Below the pieces are notes generated by a model, which was not told where the DNA came from, made no database searches, and saw only the letters and a program-made list of their open reading frames with translations. From the human T2T-CHM13v2.0 reference genome, Homo sapiens: a stretch of DNA of 64,000 nt. Within the stretch, counting starts at the first letter, position 1. Each line of letters begins with the position of its first letter. The position numbers and the translations under genes were made by a program. Positions 15,696 through 29,629 of this stretch are shown here, in pieces. The DNA lies in assembly GCF_009914755.1 (NCBI RefSeq), contig NC_060937.1. One strand, 5' to 3'.

Positions 15696-18433
15696 TTGCT
15701 CACTGGATCCAATCAGCATAATGTCTTCAATGTATTAGACCAGTGTGATATCTTGTGGAAGTGAAAAGTGATCAAAGTCTCTCCTTGTAAGACTGTGACA
15801 GAAGGCCGAAGATATACCCCTGAGGTAGGACAGTAAAGGTATATTGCTGCCCTTGCCTGCTGAAGGCAAATTGCTTCTGGTGGGCCTTATAGACAGAAAT
15901 GGAAAAAAAAGGCATTCGCCAAGTCAATGGCTACATACCAGGTACCAGGAGATATGTTAATTTGTTCAAGCAATGAAACCACATGCGGCACAACAGCTGC
16001 AATTGGAGTCAACATTTGGTTAAGCTTATGATAATCCACTGTCATCCTCCATGATCCAACTGTCTTCTGCACAAGCCAAATGGGAGAGTTGAAGTGGGAT
16101 GTGGTGGAAATCATCACCCCTGTGTCTTTCAAGTCCTTGATGGTGGCACTAATCTCTGTAATCCCTGCAGGGATGTGATATTGTTTTTGATTTACAATTT
16201 TTCTAGGTAGAAGCATCTCTGATGGCTTCTATTTGGCCTTTCTAACCATAATAACCTTCACCCTACCAGTCAGGGAACCAATGTGGGGGTTCTGCCAGCT
16301 GCTATGTATGCCTATTCCAATTATGCATTCTGGCACTGGGGAAATGATCAGAGGACAAGTCTGGGGACCTGCTGAACCCACTGTAAGTCGGACCTAAGCT
16401 AAAACTCCATTAATTATGTGACCTTCATAAGCCCCTGCTTTAACTGGAGGACCACAGTGACGTTTTGGTTCCTCCAGAATCAATGTCAGCTCTAGCCAGT
16501 GTCCAGTAGTCCCAAAAATGTCTGATCATTTCCCTTTCTCCAATGCACAGTTACCCTGGTAAAAGGCCAGAAGTCTTCTTGGGGAAGGATGGAAGAACGA
16601 TTAACAGCATACATTGTCAGTAGTATGGTGGGGTCCTTCCTCAAGGGGATCAGGCCTCCCCTTCGTTCAAGGGGTTCTGGTTCTATAAACTGGATCAAGT
16701 CTGGAAACTGATTGAGGGGGCATGATTCTCTGTTTTTATAATTCAAATTAGTCTTTTTTCCATTTGACCTGATATAAATTAAGTAGGAATGCTTTAGATT
16801 TCCTGTCAATTTCACTTCTAGGAACACTGTGATTAATTAGCCAATGCCAAGCTCTGCATGACTCAGACTACTCTCATGGCTGCCTTGCCTCTGCTATCCA
16901 TTAAGGTAGCCACACCCACACTGCCTTTGACAGTTGCCTTTGATAGTCACTACTTGGCCCCTGCCACCTCGGGATCCAATTATTCCCATTGTATTTAAAT
17001 TTTGTAGTTGAGTGACTACAGTTCCATTGTTACATCTGACATACAGAAAAGAGCTATTACAGGGCTCTTCAAAGATGCAGGTGCTACACTCACAAATCTG
17101 TTTTGCAAAGCTTTAGTCAAGGGTATATCTTCTGGACCTTCCCAGCTGAAATGACTAATCTAAAGTGACTAATCCACTCCACTATCCCAATATCCCTAAG
17201 CCATTGGATGCCTTCCTCTACGTTAAACCAAGGGAGATCAGGCATTCCCAGCTTGCTCACACTGGGTCATCTTTTAATCCATATTTCAGCTAACCAAGCA
17301 AATAAACTATTAGAATCTTTTTTAACTCCCCAAGCTGCAACATTAAATGCAGAGTCCCTACTTAGTGGACCTAAATCAATAAACTCAGCGTGATCCAACT
17401 TGATATTCCTTCCACCATTATCCCACACCCTTAATATCCATTCCCATGCCTGTTCTCCAGATTTCTGTTTATATAAATTAGAAAACTCAAGCAGTTCTTT
17501 TTGAGTGTAGCACATCTTCTCATGGGTCACACTCTCAACCTCACCTCTAGGGGCCCACTGGGACTTTATTTATAGGTCTAGGAGCCAACAGGGGTTTTGG
17601 GGGTGGCTCCTGAGGAGAATCAACATTATCTTTCCTGGCAACTGCCTCACGGGACACCATCACTGTTGCCTCAGGCAGCACAGGGTTTATCTTCTCAGAC
17701 AAAAGTGGAAAGGCTGATGGCAGCATGGATTGGGGAGGGGATATTGCCACTACTAGGGATGCAGAAGCTGTTTCTTCTGATCAAAAGATTCATCAGAGTT
17801 TACAAGCTCAGTGTCCCCAGCTTCATCAGGGTCCTCCCTCATGTCCACATTCAAAGTAGCAGGGTCCCATTTTTTTTTCAATCAATGCCCTCACTTTAAC
17901 AGTAGACACCTGGTGAGGCTGTGCATGCACCTTTCATTGCAGGTCAGCCACTCACATGATAAGAGCTTGTGTCTGATTTTCCACCATTTCAGCTCTTTCT
18001 CTACAGGAGATAAGACTCTCACTCATGGCAATCTTAGCAGATTTGAAGCTCAATATCTGCTTCTGAAACTGGAGTTATAATTCCTGAGTTCATCATTTTT
18101 CTTCATCACTTTCCCCAGTGAACTTAGGAGCAACCAACCAACTTCATTATGTTCATTTGTTCTCCACCTGTAGTCAAAGGTATTATGTATAGGGTTACTA
18201 AACTCCTTGCCTCTCATAAGCAGTGAGTTGGGAGTGTCAAATGCATTTATTTTGCATAACTCTAAACAGTTCACACCAAGGAAAATCAGTGTTCTCCATA
18301 CTATTAGAAGTAGAGTCGTTAGCATTTTGGGGTCTAATCATATTAAGCAGCCAACTCCAGAAACCCCAAAACCAACAAAAGAACTTCATCCTTAATATTC
18401 TGTTCCTCTAGAAACACGCCTTTTACCAAAATC
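15694..18433 (-). mobile_element. HERV-L internal region (gag, protease, 5' part of RT), truncated
   Basis: Peptides YKQKSGEQAWEWILRVWDNGG (gag), GLLDTG (protease), [30 protein letters not shown] (RT); PBS-like gattttggta next to the LTR. Confidence 0.93.
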
Positions 18434-18870
18434 TGTATTTGTCAGGGTTGTCTAGAGGGACAGAACTAATAGGATATATAAATATCCTGGAGTTTATTAA
18501 GTGGTATTAACTTACACAATCACAAATCCCACAATAGGCTGTCTGCAAGCTGAAGAGCAAGGAAGCCAGTCCGAGTCCCAAAGCTGAAGAACCTGGAGTC
18601 CAGTGTTTGAGGGCAGGAAGCATCCAGCACAGGAGAAAGATGTAAGCTGGAAGGCTAAGCCAGTCTAGCCTTTTCACGTTTTTTTTCTGCCTGCTTTATA
18701 TTTTGGCTGTGCTGGCAGCTGATTGGATGGTGTCCACCCAGATTAAGTGCCTTTCCCAGCCCACTGACTCAAATGTTAATCTCCTTTGTCAGCACCCTTA
18801 CAGACACACTCATGATCAATACTTTGCATTCTTCAATCCAGTCAATTGACACTCAGTATTAACCATCACG
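18434..18870 (-). mobile_element. MLT2A (A2-like) 5' LTR of HERV-L
   Basis: Ends tgtatttgtcagggttgtctagagggacagaactaatagg and gacactcagtattaaccatcac match MLT2A termini. Confidence 0.9.
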
Positions 18871-19651
18871 TGCCTTGAAGAAACAAAATGTAACACTGTA
18901 GTAAGTTATTAATAATGAGTTGTTGACATTTGAAAACAGAAGAGAGTGTTTACTTTGTGGACACTGAATGTACAGATAAGAATTAGCAGCAGCCTGAATG
19001 AACAATGGTGTCTAAATGGAGAATAAGGGCAAAACAAAATCAAATCAAACAAAGCAAAAGAAGAAAACAAACATGCAACAGTAACAGAAACAAAACTTGT
19101 TTTCCTGACCATAATTAGCCTCTAAGAGTAATAATGCTAATAGAAGATGACTATCCAATTTTTATATTTTTAGGACATTACAGATGCATGGTTGATCAAC
19201 TCCTTCAAATAAAAAAGTATAGAGAATCATTTAAACAGTAAACCGAATATATCTCTACTCCCTTCAAAAACTCAACTAAATTTGTCAGAACAGCACAAAA
19301 ATGAGACGAAACTGTGACGCACTTAGAGAAAGTAAAAAGCATATGACGAACGTTAATCAATCTAACACAGAAATATCAAGAAGCGAACTGATTGGCAGAA
19401 CACCATTATCAGAAATTGGGGTAATATCTTGAATGTAAAAGAAAAACTAAGTTGTTTTGTTTGTTTGTTTTTCCCAAAGAGTTAGGTGAAATTTTGTTTA
19501 AGAAGCAGTTATTTCTCCAGATCTCATTCTCAATCCTCATAACTGAGTAACTGATTCTGTCCTAACCAGGCAGATGATTAGAGATTAATTTTTCAAAAAG
19601 AGTGAATCAGAAGGACTCTGAAAAGATAGAATCAAACAAAGTCCAGAAAAC

Positions 19652-20092
19652 TTTCTTTATTTTTTTTATTATACTTTAAGTTTGAGGGTACATGTGCACA
19701 ATGTGCAGGTTAGTTACATATGTATACATGTGCCATGTTGGTGTGCTGCACCCATTAACTCGTCATTTAACATCAGGTATATCTCCAAATGCTATCCCTC
19801 CCCCCTCCCCCCACCCCACAACAGTCCCCAGAGTGTGATGTTCCCCTTCCTGTGTCCATGTTTTCTCATTGTTCAATTCCCACCTCTGAGTGAGAACATG
19901 CCGTGTTTGGTTTTTTGTCCTTGCGATAGTTTGCTGAGAATGATGGTTTCCAACTTCATCCATGTCCCTACAAAGGACATGAACTCACCATTTTTTATGT
20001 CTGCATAGTATTCCATGGTGTATATGTGCCACATTTTCTTAATCCAGTCTATCATTGTTGGACATTTGGGTTGGTTCCAAGTCTTTGCTATT
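19652..20092 (-). mobile_element. L1PA3-like 3' end, 5'-truncated (~440 bp)
   Basis: T-rich tail plus ttattatactttaagtt...caggttagttacatatgtatac; no clear TSD. Confidence 0.92.
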
Positions 20093-20520
20093 TCCTGACA
20101 AGGCGAACTGAGTGAAATTCTGGGATTGAAAGTGGAACTCTTTCAGTCCTCTTTGCTGACTCAACTGCTAGAATTCTGAAAAGTGTAACATAATCTTATA
20201 ACCTTCAATTCATGAAGTCTAGACTCCAAATAATAGGAAACAAAAAAAAAGATAAGAAAATAATTTAAAATTTTTTTAAAAAAAATCTTCAAACTGAAGA
20301 ATATGAAAAGTAGAAAGGGCATTATTAGGAACATACAGAATGAATGAAAACGGTCTGAACTAGGATACACCATCATGAAATTGATGATTTGGGACACAGA
20401 CAAATTTCCGAAAAGTTTGCAGAGAAAGGATTAAAAAAAAATTGATACATGCAATACATATAAAGCATTTAAATAGTGCTTGGAAGATGGTAAATACTAA
20501 ACATATATATGTGTGTTTTT

Positions 20521-20722
20521 TTAGTTTTTTTAGTTTTTTTTTTTTAAGACAGAGTCTCACTCTGTCGCCCAGGCTGAAGCGCAGTGGCACGATTTGGGCT
20601 CACTGCAAGCTCCGCCTCCCGGGTTCAGGCCATTCTCCCACCTCAGCCTCCAGAGTAGCTAGGACTACAGGTGCCCGCCACCACGCCCAGCTAATTTTAT
20701 TTTTATGGTTTTAGTAGAGACA
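20521..20722 (-). mobile_element. 5'-truncated AluY-like
   Basis: cactgcaagctccgcc and gccattct diagnostics; TSD at(a/g)tgtgtgttttt on both sides. Confidence 0.88.
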
Positions 20723-22041
20723 ATGTGTGTGTTTTTAAAATAGTAGCAATAATATTAGTAATAGTAGTTATTGTAATGTAAAGTATTTACAATGAAATAT
20801 TTCTCAATGGAGAGCTGAGAAGTTACTTGTTTAGAATATCTGATATTATTTGGAATTGCTTAATACATAAAGGATTACTTGTGTTAAAATATATTTGCAA
20901 TAATGTTTACTTTATCCATTAAGATTTTGAAATTAAAATGCACACAGTGTCATGTAGAGCAGTGTAAGATTGTATTTGTAAATTTATCTTTAAATTGCAG
21001 ATATGGCTTTGCTAGCTCTTTGTAGAGATGAAATTGTTTCCTGCTAAAATCACCTGAGGATGAAATTAAACATATTTTAACTGGGCTGTACCCGTGGGAG
21101 GTCTCTGAAGAGTCTGTTTGTATAAGAAATGTATGAATTACTTTTCTTACCTCCTGAGGTGCTCCGTGATGATGACCTCTATTGAAAAAATATTAAGTGC
21201 TTTATAACTCCTTAGAAGAGAGAAAGTTAACAAAAAATACAATGAATAAAATAAAACAAATTTAACCTTCAGAAAGGATTCAAATGAGAAGAGTTTTAGA
21301 ATTTTTTTTAGTTATGTAAGCCATTAACTATTAGTAAGAAAGCATGCTTTTAATAGAAGGAGTTGTCTTTGTGTGCATGTGCATATGTTAATTGCTTACA
21401 AAAAGAAAACCTCTAATTGTATCACAGCTGTTGACATCTGACATTCTCATTTTTAACATACATAAATATTAAATTTTGCTACTTGAGTGCTACTTAAGAA
21501 AAAAATTACTTCCATGAATGGAATGACACTTAATTTTGCAAAACTTTAAAAAAAAGACATTCATAAAATACCAAAAAAATTAAGGTAGCACTGAATATAT
21601 TCATTTTGGTTTATAAGTTTACGCTATATTTTCCAAATCACAAACATTAGTACTTTTCTTATATGACTTGAAATCTTAATTTCTGCTAATCTATACAATG
21701 TTATATTACAATATTTCTATATTTACCAAATTGTTTCATTGAGAAAAATACATTATAATAGAGTTGGAAATTTTCTGAATTTCGTAGAGTCATGTCTCTA
21801 CTTATGTAAAATTTAAATGATCTTATTACATTAATTTCTACTTTATAAAATGATAGCTATGATTTCTAATATTATATATTAATATGCAGTACAAACTGAG
21901 CAAGAAATATGGATTTCATGTGAATATGTTCCTTGCTTTTTATGATTCTTATGTTTTAAATATAGGATAACTATCTTACTTATTACAAAGAATGCAATGA
22001 AATTAGCAATAATTTATATTTTAGAAAGTTCATATGGTACT

Positions 22042-22398
22042 TGCTATGGATTGGCCACCCAAATCTCATCTTGAATTGTAGCTCCCAAAATCCCCGTGTT
22101 TCATGGGAGTGACTCAGTGAGAAGTAATTGAATCATGGGGGCAGGTTTTTACTATTCTGTTCTTATGACAGTGAATATGTGTTATGAGATCTGATGGTTT
22201 TATAAAGGGCAATTTACCTGCAAATGCTCTCTTGCCTGCTGCCATGTAAGGCATGTTTTTGCTCCTCCTTCACCTTCCACCATGATTGTGAGGTATCCCC
22301 AGTGATGTGAAACTGTGAGCCCATTAAACTTCTTTTTTCTTATAAATTACTCAGTCTCAGGTATATCTTTATTAGCAGTGTGAGGACAGACTAATACA
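22042..22398 (+). mobile_element. THE1 (C/D-like) solo LTR
   Basis: cacccaaatctcatcttgaattgtagctccc...acagactaataca; 5-bp TSD gtact/gtatt. Confidence 0.88.
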
Positions 22399-22429
22399 GT
22401 ATTTTTTCCTTAAAAAGGACACTTTATCA

Positions 22430-22705
22430 AGGTGAATGTCTTAGAGATCTGCTGTACAGCCTAGTGCCTCTAGTTAGGAATACTATAACATATATTTAAC
22501 ATTTTAATGAAATAATACTTCTTATGTAGTATTCTCATCACAAAACATAATAATAACGAATAAAGAGAAAGAAAACTTTTGGAAGTGAAGGAGACGTTTA
22601 CAGCATGGATTGTGATAACTTCTCAGGTATAGACTTGTCTCCAAACTCAAGTTGTATACATTAAATATGTACAGCATTTTGTATAACAATCACGTCTCAA
22701 TAAAG
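22430..22705 (+). mobile_element. L1MB-like 3' end
   Basis: gagatctgctgtacagc...gttgtatacattaaatatgtacagc...ctcaataaag. Confidence 0.65.
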
Positions 22706-22929
22706 TCATTTGCACAATAACATAATAATTCTAATTATTTCCATTTTTCCTCAAATTCAGAATAAGGCTGCTGTTTTATTGTGCTGAATATGTCATCCTT
22801 TAAAAACTATTATATCAACAACATAACAAGTAAGTATTTGTAAGTCTTACATATCAATGCCTTCCTACAAATGGGATTTTAAGAAATACTGTACAAAATT
22901 GTTGTACCATAAAACTTCTGTGAATGAGA

Positions 22930-24474
22930 CTGAACTAGAAAAAAACTATTTTAAAATTCACATGCAACAGTAAAAGCCCAAATAGCCAAGGCAATCCTAA
23001 GCAAAAAGAACGAAGCTAGAGGCATCACGCTACCCAACTTCAAACTATGCTACAGGGCTATGACAGTAACCAAAACACCATGGTACTTGCACAAGGACAG
23101 ACACATTAAACCAATGGAACAGAATAGGGAACTCAGAAATAAGACTGCATATATACAACTGTCTGATCTTCGACAAATCTGACAAAAACAAGGAATGGGA
23201 AAAGGTTTTCCTATTCAATAAATGGTTCCCTATTCAATAAATGGTGCTGGGATGACTGGCTAGCCATATGCAAAAAATTGAAACTGGACCTCTTCCTTAC
23301 ACCATCTACAAAAATTAATGCAAAGTGGGTTAAAAACTTAAATGTAAAACCAAAAGCTATAAAAACCCTGGAAGACCACCTAGGCAATACCATTCAGGAC
23401 ATAGGCATGAGCAAAGGTTTCATGATGAAAACACCAAAAGTAATTGCAACAAAAGCAAAAATTGACAAATGGGATTTAATTAAACTAAAGAACTTCTGCA
23501 CAGCAAAAGAAACTATCAACAGAGTAAACAGACAACCTACAGAATGGAAGAAAATTTTTGCAAACTATGCATCTGACAAAGGTCTAATATCTAGCATCTC
23601 TAAGGAATTTAAACAAATATACAAGAAAAAATCAACTGCATTAAAAAAGTGGGCAAAGGACATAAACAGACACTTCTCAAAAGAAGACATACATACAACC
23701 AGCAATCATGATAAAAAGCTAAACATATCTGATCATTAGAGAAAGACAAATGAAAACCACAATGAAATACCATCCCACACCAGCCAGATGAATAGTATTA
23801 AAAAGCCAAAAAGTTACAGATGCTGTCATGGTTGTGGAGAAAAATGAACACTTTTCACTGCTGGTGGGAGTGTAAATCAGTTCAACTATTATGGAAGACA
23901 ATGTGGCAATTTCTCAAAGATGTAAAAGCAGAAATACCATTTGACCCAGAAGTCCCATTACTAGGGATACAGCCGAAGAAACGTAAATTGTTCTGTTATA
24001 AAGACACATGCATGTGTATGTTCATTGCAGCACTATTCACAACAGCAAAGACATGGAATCAACGCAAATGCTCATCAGTGATACTCTGGATAAAGAAAAT
24101 GTGGTACATAAACACCACGGAATACTATGCGTCGTAAAAAAGAATGGGAATATGTCCTTTGCAGGGACATGGATGGAGCTGGAGGCATAATCCTTAGCAA
24201 AGTAACACAGGAACAGAAAACCAAATACCACATGTTCTTACTTATACCTGGGAGCTAAATGATAAGAAAACATAGACACATAGAGGGTAATAACAGACAC
24301 TGGGAACTTTCATATGGTAGAGGGTGGCAGAAGGGAGATAATTGGGAAAAATAACTAATGGACACTAGGCTTAATACCTGGGCGATGAAATAATTTGTAC
24401 ATCAAACCCCTTTGACACGTTTGCCTATGTAACAAACCTGCACATATACCCCTGAACTTAAAAGTTAAAAAAAA
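22930..24474 (+). mobile_element. Older L1PA (about PA13) 3' 1.5 kb
   Basis: ORF2 C-terminal peptides ([37 protein letters not shown]); 3' end cctgaacttaaaagttaaaaaaaa; 19-bp internal tandem duplication at ~23208-23245. Confidence 0.9.
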
Positions 24475-24805
24475 GTGAATGAAATATGGCATATGGAATC
24501 CTAAAATGTAAATTATAGTTAGAAAAGTGTAAAATACACATATTTGCACAAGCTCCATTTATATAGAAATTATCTGAAGGCAAACACAAACTGAGGTGTC
24601 AGTGAAGTATTTGTGATGATGTACAAAATAAAATAAAAAACATAAAGAATTGTAAAGTTCTAGTAGAAAGAAATAAGATCAAATTTAGTAGCCTATACAA
24701 TGCAGGAATGGGCAGGAATGAGTTTTCCATAACACGTAGGACACTTTATCTTGCAGCCCCTAGAAACTTTCAGGAGTGGCGGTGACACATGTAAAGAATA
24801 ATTAG

Positions 24806-25110
24806 GGTCAGACATGGTGGCTCACTCCTGTAACCCCAGTACTTTGAGGGGCTTAAGAGGGCAGATCACTTGAAGCCAGGAGTTTGAGACCAGCCTGGTG
24901 AACATGGTGAAACCCCATCTCCACTAAAAATACAAAAAATTTAGTTGGGTATGGTGGTGCATTCCTGCAATCCCAGTTACTCAGGTGGCTGAGGCGGGAG
25001 AATCACTTGAACCTGCAGAGGCAGAAGTTGCAGTGAGCCAAGATTGTGCCACGGCACTCCAGCCCAGGTGACAGAGTGAGATTCCACCTCAAAAAAAAAA
25101 AAAAAAAAAA
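24806..25110 (+). mobile_element. AluS (Sz/Sx-like), full length
   Basis: Dimeric Alu with A20 tail. Confidence 0.93.
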
Positions 25111-25191
25111 GATAAAAATTAAATCATGAGATTATTTTACATGGAGATATTCAAGATAAGGTAATCAAACTAGAAAATACTTGCATTAAGA

Positions 25192-25556
25192 GGTATTAGT
25201 CTGTTTTCATGCTGCTAATAAAGGCATACCCAAGACCGGGTAATTTATAAAGCAAAGAGGTTTAATTGACTCAGTTCCATATGGCGAGGGAAGCCTCACA
25301 ATCATGACAGAAGATGAAAAGAGAGCGAAGGGACTTGTTACATGGTAGTGGGCAAGAGAGAGAGCCTAGCAAAAGGGGAAACCCCTTGTAAAACATCAAA
25401 TCTCATGAGACTTATTCACGACCATGAGAACAGTATGGGGGGAAATCGCTTCCATTATTCAATTGTCTCCTACTGGGTCCCTCCCACAAGATGTGGGAAT
25501 TATTGGAGGTACAATTCAAGACGAGATTTGGGTAGGGACACAGGCAAACCATATCA
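25192..25556 (-). mobile_element. THE1 (B/C-like) solo LTR
   Basis: gtattagtctgttttcatgctgctaataaag...gggacacaggcaaaccatatca. Confidence 0.88.
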
Positions 25557-25993
25557 GAGGTAAATAGGTAAAAAAGCAAAGTAAAACAAAACAACAATAA
25601 TAAAACTGTAGCTTTGGAGATACAGAATCAGCAGTCAGACAATTAAGAGAATGGCAGAAGCTGAATCTTTGTCAACCATATTATCCAAATTGCATTAATC
25701 AAGTGTTAGAAACATGGACATAGATTTGGTAAGACCATGTGATATATTACCTAAAACTGACAGACTAACAAAGAGCAGCCTTGTTAGAACAGCTAAGGAG
25801 GTATCAGTGCACTGTATATAAAGTCTTTTTAATGATCAATAATATTTTATATTGTCACATCTGAGATTATGCATTAGATTGGAAATACTTAATAGAAAGG
25901 CAATCTTTATGCAGATATTAATGATAAATAAATAAGGTTTTAAAATCTGGGATATCATACAGAGCAGGTGATTGGGAAACTTAGTTGAGAATT

Positions 25994-26046
25994 ACACACA
26001 CACACACACATATATACACACAAACACACACAAACACAAGTACACA
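25994..26046. repeat. Imperfect (CA)n microsatellite
   Basis: Directly visible. Confidence 0.85.
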
Positions 26047-26213
26047 TGGTGGTAAATGTAATCTGGCTGTTAAGAATGTTCACTGATAATCAGCTAATAG
26101 CCAGAAGAACTTTGCATTGTGCAGTGTCCTGCTAAAGGCAAATAACACACATTTAGATATATTTTTATCACTACAAACACCACATAATGTCCATGATGGC
26201 AGAAATGTTTGTC

Positions 26214-26825
<612 letters not shown>

Positions 26826-28276
26826 AGAAACGTTTGTCTTTTTACACTGCTGTACCCCTAGGACCAAGAACAGTACCAGAAATGAGGTATGTACTCAAAG
26901 TACTATTTCTTGTAATAAATGGCAGAGGCTATAAACATTAGCCATATTAACAAGAGATAGTTTAGACTAACACAGGCATCTGATAATATAAGAATAGAAC
27001 AAAGTATCTGAAAAGATTTGGGAAGTGAAATAGAAAACATAGAACGAAGGCTATGATTGTGAGGGGTATAGACAAGAGGTCATAGTACAAGCAGCACAGT
27101 TGATTTGTTCATTAATTACACAGATTACTAGGCCATGGACACTTCTAACAATACAACGAAACTGTAAAAGGTTGAATTTGACCCAGACACTCGGGAGTTA
27201 TACAGGCGTTTTAGCAGCAAAGCAATACATGATTTTCAAGAGATCACATGTTTTTCTAACAGCTTTCGTCAACTTTGAAGAGGGTCACAGGACACCTTTT
27301 GTTGGTTAATACAAGGGACTTAGATGCTTCCTGATAATATAGTGGTGTTCTTGGGACCTGAGACTCAGAACCCTGGCTGGACTTGTAGTGGTAAGAACAA
27401 AGTTAAATATTAATGAATAGTAGAGAGCTTGAGTTTTCTGAAATAAATGGAAATTGTATTCCAATTAGGTAAAATTATGTGAGAAAACTGAACAGTTTAG
27501 GAAACATAAAGTGTATTCAAGATTCAGGATTAAAAGTACCATATTAAAGAAGAAAAATAAGTTATGCTCAATGAATTTAATTCATTCAGTGATCTCCCAA
27601 GTCCCCAGATTCAGCAAAATTCTATTGAAAACAAATTTGAAGCAGTCTCAAGAAAACGGAAGCCTGGAAAATCCCGCCCCTGGTTTTGCCAGTTGTGTAG
27701 AACTCTGTTTTCCAAAGCTACTTACTTGAAATAAGACTTCTGATTTAAAGAAAGTTTAAGAGGGCTTTTCTATGATAAAAAATAATTTTCTACTAAGTTG
27801 AGAAACATGCTATAAATTATGATAATAATTGTTTTTATGGAGTTTGATACATATGTTCTGACCATAATTTAAATTAAATTAGGCTGCTGTGGATAAAAAT
27901 ATTAAAAATGCCCTAGGAGATGTGTAAATGGGTCTATAATATTCAAAGAGACAAAGACTGATTAAGATAGCACGGTTGAGTAAATTTAACTTTCTAAGCT
28001 CAACGAAAATTTCCCAACATAAAATGTTTTATTAATTCTATAAGAAATTATAAAATCAAGATAAAACCATTAAAGTACAAAGTCTAATGCTGAAAATCTA
28101 TTTTAAAAGCTACAATAGTTTCCTTAGGTTTTAGTTATAATAAATAAAATTCATGGCAATTTAAACTTTAGAGACTTGCAGAGATTCAGAGAAGTGTAGA
28201 TTGAAGTAAGTACCACCCACACACCTTCCTATGGATTTGTGTCTATAGGGGAAAAAATGGGAATAGTTATTTGTAT

Positions 28277-28490
28277 CAAGTGTTAACATTTTTAAAGGTC
28301 AGAGAGTGAAGATTTTTGATTATTTGGCCATGTGGTCTCTGTTACAACTACTTGATACTGCTGTTGCAGTACGAGAGCATCCACAGACAGTACATCATTT
28401 TAGGTGTGGTTGTGTGTCAATAAAATGTATTTACAATAATGCAGATTAAGCCAGATCTCACATATGGGCTATAGATTGTCCATTCTCAAT
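28277..28490. mobile_element. MER58A-like hAT element
   Basis: ggccatgtggtctctgttacaactac...gtgtggttgtgtgtcaataaaatgtatttac. Confidence 0.7.
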
Positions 28491-29629
28491 GTATAGGAAT
28501 GGTTCCAAATTGGTTGATTATGCATTAAATGTTTCACAGTATTTTGTGAAGGAAAACACAATGAGTAATGAGGTTGTATGGGAAGATTTGAATTAGAAGA
28601 TGTGATTAAGAAAGGCTTTAGAATTAATAAGAAATGGCTAGGGAAGAAACAGGAGCAAAGACTATGTCATGCGAAAAATTAGAGCAAAATGTGGTAATAA
28701 AAATTAAGCTATATTACCACATAATTTCGTCCAGTTGCCAAAGGAAATTTTTGATGAAGAACAAGAGAAAAAAGGGTTGGTCATGAATATTTCATCCTAT
28801 TTAAAAAATAAAATGTGTAATCTGTGTGATAATAAATTGCCAGAACTTTAACAGTAACACTGCTGTTTTTCTAAGAGTTTTTTCTCCTATCTCAATGACA
28901 TTTTTTACCTAAACGGCAACACCTTGACAGTCAACATTTGCGGTATCTAAATATGAAGACCCACTACCTCAGCCATGGGGTAAGATTTAGTGGTTACTCA
29001 GAAACTATCACAGTATCAATGATTTCTTTTCTTTTCAGGCCTTAATCTGGAATTCACTTTTTGTAGAAGAAGAAGATAAAAGCCTCCACAGCAGAACAGG
29101 TTTAGTTCAGCTCCGGAATAGAGCGGTAGTTGACCAGAATACAGAGCCTTCAGTGTAGATCAGCACAGAGCAGAGCTACAGCATCACAGTCACAGAGGGG
29201 AGAGGTCACATCTACGGTAATCAATAAATGGCAACAGTGTAATTTTGGAAGAAGCAACCTGCTGTAACACAATCTAGAAAACATTCATGCTTATAACAAA
29301 GTCCATTTAACTGCAACAGAGAGGAGAAAATGGGGTTTCAGAAAGCAGTAAGTTCTCCGAAACAAGACACTGGCAGGAGGAAGTCTATTAATCTCTGTTA
29401 GGATTCTCATAGAGTACACAGAGAGGATCAGCAGAATAAATGAATGAAGAAAGACAACCACAACTGGGGACAGAACAACAAGACACAGTTTCCTTAATTA
29501 CACAAGGCTTAAGACTTTCACATGGTTCTGACCAAGATGGCTGTAAGGTTCCCCTCAGCTTGACTCAACTTTAGACTATTTTCTTCTTGACTTGAAGGGA
29601 CCTGATGTCTCTTTTATTAGATTACTTTG

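Noticed and set aside
15336-15719. 127-aa ORF fusing HERV-L, L1 and Tigger1 sequence
   Set aside because: Chance read-through of a rearrangement junction with a non-standard context and no promoter or splice evidence
23208-23245. 19-bp tandem duplication in L1 (similar 20-bp one at ~53606-53650)
   Set aside because: Ordinary slippage-type duplications; not CRISPR-like arrays
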